A stretch of 64,000 bases of DNA, from positions 15,048-79,047 of the forward strand of contig RDOA01000012.1 in the NCBI GenBank assembly GCA_011364925.1, in the 5' to 3' direction. A program made the position numbers and the translations under genes. Below are positions 56,841 to 64,000 of the stretch, in pieces (positions within the stretch are counted from its first letter, which is position 1; each line of letters begins with the position of its first letter). The notes under the pieces were generated by a model. It was given only the letters and a program-made list of their open reading frames with translations. It was not told the origin of the DNA and searched no databases. Origin of the DNA: Promethearchaeota archaeon (GTDB taxonomy: Archaea; Asgardarchaeota; Lokiarchaeia; Sigyniarchaeales; SOKP01).

Positions 56841-58657
56841 TATAATTTTTCCCCTTTTATTTCCTCTTCATACTCTCTTCTTCTTTCCTTTAAATACGCG
56901 GGTCTTGGAACATCCCACCATCCGACGGCTGGCGAGCCAGTAAAAGGAAAATTCTGTTGTACTTCAATTTCAACTACTACGGGCTTTCCAGAGTAACTTG
57001 CTCTTCTTAAAGCAGGAATAATCTCTTCTTTTGCACTAATTTTTTCAGAGTAGCAGCCAAATGCTTCGCCGATTTTTGCAAAATCTGGAGAATAACTATT
57101 TCCCTCAGAATCTTCAAATGCAGTCCCATATCCTCGATCTTCCCCAAAAGCTGCTTGTTGGAGGTCCTTTATCGCAATCCAACCGTGATTGTTGAGGACA
57201 ATAAAGAATATATCTTTTAATCCTAATTGTACAGCCATAGATATATCTGAAATTGTCATCATAAAATCACCGTCTCCAACCAATGCAGCAACTTTTCGAT
57301 CAGATTTTCCAATATCTATAGAACCCAGCTTCGCTCCTATTGCAGCAGGTACACTATATCCCATCGTTGAGAAACCTCCCGCAGTAAGACACGTTTTAGA
57401 TTCGTAGAATTCTAATTCTTGTAGCATTTGAGCTTGTACATTCCCAGAACTAGTCACTATAACAGAATCTCTGTCAAAAAACTTTCTAATTTCTCTTAAA
57501 ACTGTCGAGATCATTACTGGTACCATTGTATCATCTCTATTTTCATCGAGGAATTTGAACCATTTTTTTTTCTCTGATTCTATTTCTTTAAAATAATCAG
57601 TACTTTTATAATCTACAGAATGATCTCCCAGTTCAGTAATAATTTCTTGTAAACAAGCCTTTACATCTCCTACAAGACCAACCGTAACGGGATAATTTTT
57701 GCCGATTTCATGAGGATCGATATCTATATGAATCAATTTTGTGGGAGGGATTGAAAAACTTACACCTTCCTTATACGAACTGCTTGTTTCGTCAGCAAAT
57801 CTACATCCTAAGGCTAAAATCACATCCGCACTTGATGTCATCTTCATTCCAACTGTAGTTCCTTTTGAACCGGCTGACCAGCAATATAATGGATGGGAAT
57901 TATCAATAATGTCTTTTCCCATCATAGTTACAACCACGCCAGCTCCAATTTTTTCAGCTAATGTTAATACTTCGAAATTTGCATTGGAACTCACTGCGCC
58001 TCCTCCAATAAATATAACAGGTCGTTTTGCATTTTGCAGTAAATCCGTCGCTTTCTTTATCATCTCAGGATCACCCCTAATTCGACCCTGAGATCTTCTT
58101 TCGGAAGGATCTGGAATTTCGATTTCTATAGCATTTGCTTGCACATCCATAGGAAGATCGATATGTACGGGACCTTTTCTTCCTGTTAACATGATATTAA
58201 AAGCTCTTTGCATTACTGTAGGTAACTGTCCTACACTATCAACTTCAAAACTGCGTTTAACGATTGGTTCGAGGATTTTTGGCATGTTCGAATCTTTTTG
58301 TCTTTCTATTTCTTGAAGGACTCCTTTTCCTCTCATATGTACGTGAGTGTCTCCAGTAATTACTAGACAGGGAAAAGAATCTACATAAGCGTCAGCGATC
58401 CCTATAGCAGTATTGATTGCTCCGGGTCCTATCGATGTGAAAACACATAGTGGATTACCAGTTATTCTGTAATAGCCTACTGCAAGGTGAACTCCTGACA
58501 TTTCCTGTTTAGGTTGAATTAGTTGCAGTTTATCCCTATCTTTAAAAAAAGCGTCAACTAACGGTAAATTCCCATGACCAGGTATGCCTATTACGTATTT
58601 CACACCTTCTTTTATGAGATATTTAGTTACAATTTCTCCTCCAGTTAATTTTACCAT
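56840..58657 (-). CDS. Thiamine-diphosphate-dependent enzyme, acetolactate synthase large-subunit-like
   Basis: GGEIVTKYLIKEGVKYVIGIPG, the catalytic Glu context KQEMSG, and the ThDP motif GDGDFMM...NN. Confidence 0.85.
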   Translation of the reverse strand: MVKLTGGEIVTKYLIKEGVKYVIGIPGHGNLPLVDAFFKDRDKLQLIQPKQEMSGVHLAVGYYRITGNPLCVFTSIGPGAINTAIGIADAYVDSFPCLVITGDTHVHMRGKGVLQEIERQKDSNMPKILEPIVKRSFEVDSVGQLPTVMQRAFNIMLTGRKGPVHIDLPMDVQANAIEIEIPDPSERRSQGRIRGDPEMIKKATDLLQNAKRPVIFIGGGAVSSNANFEVLTLAEKIGAGVVVTMMGKDIIDNSHPLYCWSAGSKGTTVGMKMTSSADVILALGCRFADETSSSYKEGVSFSIPPTKLIHIDIDPHEIGKNYPVTVGLVGDVKACLQEIITELGDHSVDYKSTDYFKEIESEKKKWFKFLDENRDDTMVPVMISTVLREIRKFFDRDSVIVTSSGNVQAQMLQELEFYESKTCLTAGGFSTMGYSVPAAIGAKLGSIDIGKSDRKVAALVGDGDFMMTISDISMAVQLGLKDIFFIVLNNHGWIAIKDLQQAAFGEDRGYGTAFEDSEGNSYSPDFAKIGEAFGCYSEKISAKEEIIPALRRASYSGKPVVVEIEVQQNFPFTGSPAVGWWDVPRPAYLKERRREYEEEIKGEKL

Positions 58658-59023
58658 AAAATCCCACTTCTTTATTACTTTCAGAAATCTAATATGAGGG
58701 AGAATATAGATTATGCTTTAATCTTTATTATATTTCATGAAGAATCCCCTAAGTTTTATTTGAGATAGGCATTAAATTGGAAGTTTAAATAACTACTCTA
58801 TAATCATTCTGTTGTAATATCAATCCTATTTTAGATAACTTGAGGTTAGATAAAAATGGAAAAAAAAGAGAAATAAATTATAAAAATGTTAAAATAATGA
58901 AATATATTGAAACTCAGATTTTAATATAATTATTAAACGATTTTATGATTTATTATTAAATTGTATATAAATTGTGATATTTTATATAAAATGAATATTA
59001 ATTCTTAAAATACATCATTAAAT

Positions 59024-59473
59024 ATGATTCTTATGAGCAATAGAATTAACAGTAAGGAACAGTTTGTCAAACTGTGGACAGAAATTTACAATACAGAAGG
59101 TAAGCCGGATTGGTCGCATATCCTCCCATATTATGACGATAATATCTATTTTCGTGATTCAATCCAAGAAATTCGAGGTATGAAAGAATTTAAACCTATG
59201 ACTGAACGATTAACTGAGCGATCTAAAGATTTACAGATGAAAATTATCAACATTCTTTTTGAAGGGAACATTATTTTTTTTGAATGGGAGATGACATTAA
59301 GCTTTAAAAAATATCCTAATTCGACCTTATTTGGAGCGAGTAGGATAATTTTGAATGAAGAGGGTAAAATTATTGAACAGAGGGATTACTACGATCTCTG
59401 GGGTGATATTTTTGATAATATTCCCGGGCTCGGAAAAGGGTATCGGAAGTTTATGAAGAGTAGATTCGGGTGA
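59024..59473 (+). CDS. SnoaL/NTF2-like fold protein
   Basis: 149 aa. Y.DNIYFRD....I.G...........DL....I......G....FEW resembles SnoaL-like cyclase/NTF2 domains. Overlaps the next gene by 4 nt. Confidence 0.55.
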   Translation: MILMSNRINSKEQFVKLWTEIYNTEGKPDWSHILPYYDDNIYFRDSIQEIRGMKEFKPMTERLTERSKDLQMKIINILFEGNIIFFEWEMTLSFKKYPNSTLFGASRIILNEEGKIIEQRDYYDLWGDIFDNIPGLGKGYRKFMKSRFG

Positions 59474-60420
59474 TTCGTATAAATAAATACCTAAGACAGT
59501 ATAGATTGATCGCACAAACGCGTGCCATGCGTAGGAATAAGAAAGCTAAGATTAAAGAATGTGACGAGGACTTTAAAGGACGACTAGTGGCTATCACTGG
59601 AGCAACCTCTGGAATCGGTTATGCTACTGCAAGAAAATATGCGTCCCATGGAGCTAATCTTTTATTGATCAATCGAAATGAAGAAAAATCGATAAATGTT
59701 TGCGAAGAAGTTCGTCAGGATTTTGGAGTAGAATGTGAATATAAGATTGCGGATTTTTCTCGTATTTCCGATGTACGAAATCTTGCTTACGAACTTTTAA
59801 ATTTAAATCTAAATATTGATGTTTTTATTCATAACGCAGGTGTCTTTTCAACAAAGAAGGTAATTACGGAAGACAGTTTAGAACTTGTTTTCCAAGTAAT
59901 TTATCTTGGGTCTTTTATTCTAAACTATGTACTAAAGGATAAATTCAAAGCTCAGGAATCGACAAGGATCATATTTGTAAATTCCGAAGGTCACCGATTT
60001 GCTTTTTTTGGATTAAGATTAGATGATTTTGAATGGGAGGATCATCATTATTCGGGTTTGCGTAGTTATGGGCAAGCCAAGTTGGCTCAGCTTCTTTCAA
60101 TGATTAGATTTGACGAATATTTTAAAGATAGTGGAGTCTCGATAAATGCTATGCATCCTGGCAGCGTGAAGTCCAGCATGGGTCAAAATAATGGAAGATC
60201 TTATCGATTTTTTAAACGTGTTTTAATCGATCGTGCTGCAAAGTCACCAGAAATATCTGCTCAAGCACTCTATTATCTCGGTGTGTCAAAGGAGATGGAA
60301 GGAGTGAGCGGGAAGTTTTTCCGTCTTACAACAGAAGAAGTACCTTCACCTCCGGCGTTAGATAGAGAGGTCGCAGAAGAGCTGTGGGATGTAAGTATAA
60401 AATTAGGTGGCCTTGAATGA
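59470..60420 (+). CDS. Short-chain dehydrogenase/reductase (classical SDR, retinol-dehydrogenase-like)
   Basis: ITGATSGIGYATA (TGxxxGxG), NNAG-like HNAGV, and the catalytic YGQAKLA (YxxxK). Confidence 0.85.
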   Translation: MIRINKYLRQYRLIAQTRAMRRNKKAKIKECDEDFKGRLVAITGATSGIGYATARKYASHGANLLLINRNEEKSINVCEEVRQDFGVECEYKIADFSRISDVRNLAYELLNLNLNIDVFIHNAGVFSTKKVITEDSLELVFQVIYLGSFILNYVLKDKFKAQESTRIIFVNSEGHRFAFFGLRLDDFEWEDHHYSGLRSYGQAKLAQLLSMIRFDEYFKDSGVSINAMHPGSVKSSMGQNNGRSYRFFKRVLIDRAAKSPEISAQALYYLGVSKEMEGVSGKFFRLTTEEVPSPPALDREVAEELWDVSIKLGGLE

Positions 60421-62018
60421 ATGAACCAGATAAAAAAATTATTATAGTTGGGGCAGGTATAGCAGGTTTAACCGCTGCTGCGTATTTGTCTAGGGCAAAG
60501 TATGATGTCCTTTTAACTGAAAAAAATAAGGAAATTGGAGGCTTAGTTAATACAATTGAACGAGATGGATTTTTCTTCGATACAGCGGCAAGATCGATTG
60601 AAAATTCTGGTATTGTAAAACCTTTTTTATATGATCTAGGAATTAACCTAGAGATTATGAACAGTCCTATCTCTGTTGGAATTGAAAGCGATGTTATTAA
60701 TATCCATTCGGAAGAAAGTTTGGGTGACTATAAGAATTTACTAGAAAAATTGTATCCTGAAAAGATAGAAGATATTCAAAGAATTGTCTCATTTATGGAA
60801 AAAATGATGAAAGATACAGCCACTTTATATGGGATCGACAACCCTCTTCTTAAAGATCTCAAGAAAGATAAAAAATTTCTCTTTAAAGAATTACTTCCAT
60901 ACTTAGGAAAATTCTTGTTAACTGTCCGGCGTATGAATCGCCTAAATGAACCCGTTGAAGAGTTTTTGGAAAAAATGTCGTCATACAGACCTCTTACGGA
61001 TATAATTGACCAACATTTCTTTAAAAATACTCCAACATCTTTTGCTATGGGCTATTTTTACGTTTATCTTGACTATATTTACCCAATGGGTGGTACAGGT
61101 CAAATACCTAAAGCTATTGGACAAAAAATTATCGAATGGGGAGGGAAAATCCAAACTGAAACAGAAATCTCCAAAATTATACCTTCAAAGAATCAAGTAA
61201 TCGATATCAATGGTAATTTATATCCGTATGATTATCTCATTTGGTGCGCAGATCTAAAAACATTATACAAGAGACTTAATACACACAATTTGGATGATAA
61301 AATTTCTCGTAAAATTAAAGAACAAAAAGAAAAATTTGTTTCCCATCGTGGTGCAGATTCGGTATTTAGTTTGTTCCTCGGAGTTGATGAACCATTAGAA
61401 AAATATGAATCTATTTCACACGGACATTTCTTTTACACTCCATCGAAAAAAGGTCTGGGAGAACTTAATCGTTCGATATTAAAATCGTTGATCGATAATT
61501 TTGAAAATACGCCAAAAGAAGAAATTCTACAGTGGTTAGATAAGTTTTGCAAATTGAATACTTACGAAATTTCAATTCCTGCTCTACGAGACTCCTCACT
61601 AGCTCCAAAAGGAAAAACTGGTCTGGAAATTAGCGTACTTTTCGATTTTGATTTATTTAAAAAGGTTCAGGAAGCTTCTTGGTACGAGGAATTTAAAACA
61701 GAGGTTGAAAACCGTATTTTAAAGACTCTATCGAACTCCATCTACCCGGACATCGAGGAAAAAATTCTCTTCCGATTTTCTTTTACTCCTTTATCTATTT
61801 TAAATAGGGTAGGTAGCTCTGAAGGAGCAATTGTGGGGTGGTCATATGAAAAAACTCCTCCTGTAGCGAATAGCCTTCTTAAGATATATAGTTCCGTTAA
61901 AACACCAATTCCTAAAGTATTGCAAGCAGGTCAATGGACTTACAGCCCCGCTGGAATTCCCATCGCAATTCTTACTGGCTTGCTTGCCGCTCAAAAAATT
62001 ATAAAAAATAAAATTTAA
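60417..62018 (+). CDS. FAD-dependent oxidoreductase of the phytoene desaturase/CrtI-RetSat type
   Basis: The N-terminal dinucleotide fold IIIVGAGIAGLTAAAYL...V.L.EKN...GG. 533 aa. 4-nt overlap with the SDR gene. Confidence 0.7.
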   Translation: MNEPDKKIIIVGAGIAGLTAAAYLSRAKYDVLLTEKNKEIGGLVNTIERDGFFFDTAARSIENSGIVKPFLYDLGINLEIMNSPISVGIESDVINIHSEESLGDYKNLLEKLYPEKIEDIQRIVSFMEKMMKDTATLYGIDNPLLKDLKKDKKFLFKELLPYLGKFLLTVRRMNRLNEPVEEFLEKMSSYRPLTDIIDQHFFKNTPTSFAMGYFYVYLDYIYPMGGTGQIPKAIGQKIIEWGGKIQTETEISKIIPSKNQVIDINGNLYPYDYLIWCADLKTLYKRLNTHNLDDKISRKIKEQKEKFVSHRGADSVFSLFLGVDEPLEKYESISHGHFFYTPSKKGLGELNRSILKSLIDNFENTPKEEILQWLDKFCKLNTYEISIPALRDSSLAPKGKTGLEISVLFDFDLFKKVQEASWYEEFKTEVENRILKTLSNSIYPDIEEKILFRFSFTPLSILNRVGSSEGAIVGWSYEKTPPVANSLLKIYSSVKTPIPKVLQAGQWTYSPAGIPIAILTGLLAAQKIIKNKI

Positions 62019-62061
62019 ACTTTAATATAGGGAATTATTTCTATGTTCGAAGGTTTTAGAC

Positions 62062-63069
62062 ATGATGAAAATATTAGATGACGAAAAATTTATCAGACAT
62101 GTGGAAAGCTTAATTGATCCAAAGGAAGTCAGCTATTTATATTTCTACCAAAATTTCAAACGGCTTTTACCTCGCTCCCTTTTTAAGAAGTTATTAAATA
62201 AGACTTCAAAAAAGACTCCCTACATGGGTTTTGTAATTGAACCTTATTGTCTGTTTTTATTCTTTAAGCTTAAAAATATCGAAAAAGCAAAATCATTATT
62301 GCCGGAACGCTATGAGTTGAAAAAGTCTAGAATTTTTGCTGATGAACAACCAGAATACTATTTGGGAATGGGAGTTTTCAATACCCGGGCAAGTACTTTT
62401 TTGGGTTCTAGGCTAGAATCATATCTCATTGCTGAAGATAAAGAAACTGGTCATCCATCCTGGATTTTTCTCGATATTCTGAGCAATACAATAATTTATA
62501 TCCCTGCAATAGGAGTTGCAGATAGAAACAGTAAGAATGCCATATATACGACTAGCTCAAAGGGAGATATACTACTGGATTTTAAGGAAGACATAACTGA
62601 CCGACAGTTAATCTTAACGGGTAATATTACCAATGGAAAAATGCGCAGCCTTGATCAACCCCTTTGGGTAATAGGAAATACATCTATCGGCCATATTAAA
62701 AAATATTCAGAGAAGAACGATGATCCATTTGCCGTAATATTTGATCCTGCTGAAGTTGAAAAAGCTTTAGACATTCCTATTGAGGATATTCACTTAAAAT
62801 TTAATACCCTTTTCCCAGATTTAGCAGAGCCGGAACTATGCAAGGCTATATGTTTCCCCTTCGCTCAGCACTATATTGCCGACAGTCCAGGCCGTCGCAC
62901 CTATGTTAAAGATATCAATGACATGGTCGAGAATTACAACAAAATTGCAAATATGAAAGAAATAAAAACTTTTTCAACAAGAAATATAAAGATAATGTTA
63001 TTAATCGGAATATCGTTATTTATGGTAATCTTTATTTCCATATTCATTTTATTGATAATTAATCTATGA
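62062..63069 (+). CDS. Hypothetical protein, tandem paralog 1 (C-terminal TM helix)
   Basis: Shares PYMGFVIEPY.LFL.FK, FY(L)IA..KETG..SWI and F(P)(F/Y)(A/S)QH(Y/F)I with the next ORF. The tail IMLLIGISLFMVIFISIFILLII is hydrophobic. Confidence 0.5.
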   Translation: MMKILDDEKFIRHVESLIDPKEVSYLYFYQNFKRLLPRSLFKKLLNKTSKKTPYMGFVIEPYCLFLFFKLKNIEKAKSLLPERYELKKSRIFADEQPEYYLGMGVFNTRASTFLGSRLESYLIAEDKETGHPSWIFLDILSNTIIYIPAIGVADRNSKNAIYTTSSKGDILLDFKEDITDRQLILTGNITNGKMRSLDQPLWVIGNTSIGHIKKYSEKNDDPFAVIFDPAEVEKALDIPIEDIHLKFNTLFPDLAEPELCKAICFPFAQHYIADSPGRRTYVKDINDMVENYNKIANMKEIKTFSTRNIKIMLLIGISLFMVIFISIFILLIINL

Positions 63070-63105
63070 AGATAGATTTAAAAACTAAAATCAAGGTTTA
63101 CATAA

Positions 63106-64000
63106 ATGGACCAAGAAGAATATAGGAATTTCGCAAAAAAGACAGAAGCTCTTGTAAAGCCTAAAGATGTGACTGCCATTAGTTTTTTGAGCAGTTTCAG
63201 TAAATCTCTTCCTAAAAAAACGCAACATAAGTTCACAAAGAGCGGTCAGAAAAAAATTCCTTACATGGGGTTCATAGTAGATCCCTATAGTTTATTTCTA
63301 TGTTTTAAGATAACAAATACTTCAGCAGCGCAAGAGATGCTCCCCGATGGATACGAACTAGCAGAAGCCTCTTTCTTTAAGAACGATGCAAAGTTTCCCA
63401 TGGCAATTGTTAGCGTATTTACCGCTCGAACGTCAGGATTTATAGGCATGCGAGTCGAATTTTATATTATTGCTCGCAACAAAGAAACCGGGATGTTATC
63501 TTGGATCATTTGTGATTATGAAACGAATACGAACAGCTATGACCCAAAGAATGGATTTTCTGGGTACACTTGTGATCCAGCCGTGTATACAACCACATAC
63601 TTTGGGGAGTTACTGGTTGATATGAAGGATCTCACCAAAAGTAAAGAATTCATTGCATCGGTTGACTTAGAAAAAGGTGATTCAAGGGAACTGGACGAAT
63701 CTCTCTGGATTGAAGGAAATCTTATTGTCGATTATGGTGGCGAGCTAAAAAGTGAATTTTCAGAGCCTTTCAGCCTGCTTTTTGACCCAAATATGATAAA
63801 AGAAGCCGTAAGCATACCTTTAGAACATGTTTCAATTAAGGCAAACTCCTATCTGGGTAATATTATTGATCCTATTAAGCCAGTATACGCAGCTATCTTT
63901 CCTTACAGTCAGCATTTCATTATTAAGCAAGACCTGCAAAAGTATGCGGTTAAAAATCAAAAGGACTTAGATCTTCAAACAAAGGCCTTTCTTAGTGGAA
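63106..64000 (+). CDS. Hypothetical protein, tandem paralog 2 (runs off the window end)
   Basis: My translation from the ATG at 63106 reads MDQEEYRNFAKK...IPYMGFIVDPYSLFLCFKITN...VEFYIIARNKETGMLSWII...FPYSQHFIIKQ. The frame is open to the window end. Confidence 0.5.
   Translation, partial: MDQEEYRNFAKKTEALVKPKDVTAISFLSSFSKSLPKKTQHKFTKSGQKKIPYMGFIVDPYSLFLCFKITNTSAAQEMLPDGYELAEASFFKNDAKFPMAIVSVFTARTSGFIGMRVEFYIIARNKETGMLSWIICDYETNTNSYDPKNGFSGYTCDPAVYTTTYFGELLVDMKDLTKSKEFIASVDLEKGDSRELDESLWIEGNLIVDYGGELKSEFSEPFSLLFDPNMIKEAVSIPLEHVSIKANSYLGNIIDPIKPVYAAIFPYSQHFIIKQDLQKYAVKNQKDLDLQTKAFLSG

Noticed and set aside
1-64000. Search by eye for tRNA/rRNA genes, CRISPR arrays, transposases, integrases and long inverted repeats
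   Set aside because: - No GC-rich islands of tRNA or rRNA type stand out in the intergenic regions.
- No regularly spaced direct repeats were seen.
- No ORF shows DDE, tyrosine-recombinase or serine-recombinase motifs.

A tRNAscan, Infernal and CRISPR-finder run would be needed to exclude small RNAs formally.

Overview
This is a visibly AT-rich, densely coding archaeal chromosome segment with about 60 genes. I saw no rRNA, tRNA, CRISPR array or transposase by eye.

Housekeeping and metabolic content:
- Partial archaeal AlaRS, FtsZ, and FeoAB.
- An ether-lipid operon (DGGGP synthase, GGGP synthase, geranylgeranyl reductase, CTP-transferase-like protein).
- A GTP cyclohydrolase I / deaminase-type amidohydrolase / RibD-C-type reductase / CofG / CofH operon.
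- A tetrahydromethanopterin-biosynthesis cluster: DHPS-like protein, DUF1464-like, DUF447-like, MptD-like, beta-RFAP synthase.
- A sugar-oxidation-type cluster: GH3, two Gfo/Idh/MocA enzymes, IlvD/Edd dehydratase.
- Two orphan N6-adenine methyltransferases.
- An uncharacterised SnoaL-SDR-CrtI-like operon ending in tandem paralogs.

The headline is a eukaryote-type ubiquitin locus at about 7.4-15.1 kb.
- It carries three paralogous ubiquitin-like beta-grasp modules. Two are free Ubls with acidic tetrapeptide-repeat N-terminal extensions and C-termini ending in AG or AG-LN. The third is fused to a membrane anchor and has no terminal Gly.
- These sit with a collinear E1 (ThiF/UBA), a UBC-fold E2 (HPN...Cys), a JAMM/MPN+ isopeptidase, and a polytopic membrane protein ending in a RING-like zinc finger.
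- The locus is flanked by a multi-winged-helix protein and a coiled-coil protein that shares a (S/E)KTP motif with the Ubl linkers.

This gene content suggests an Asgard (Loki-like) or related archaeon, which is inference only.

Secondary observations:
- A deaminase-type amidohydrolase is embedded in the FO-synthase operon and is a candidate for the unassigned archaeal pyrimidine deaminase.
- A PadR-like gene interrupted by an in-frame TAA lies upstream of a HAAS-type membrane protein.
- A degenerate duplicate of a gene 3' end flanks an MBL-fold gene.
- There is a GDH-CBS fusion.
- FeoB carries a His-rich insert.

All calls rest on reading motifs in the supplied translations and in my own translations. 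No database search was run.
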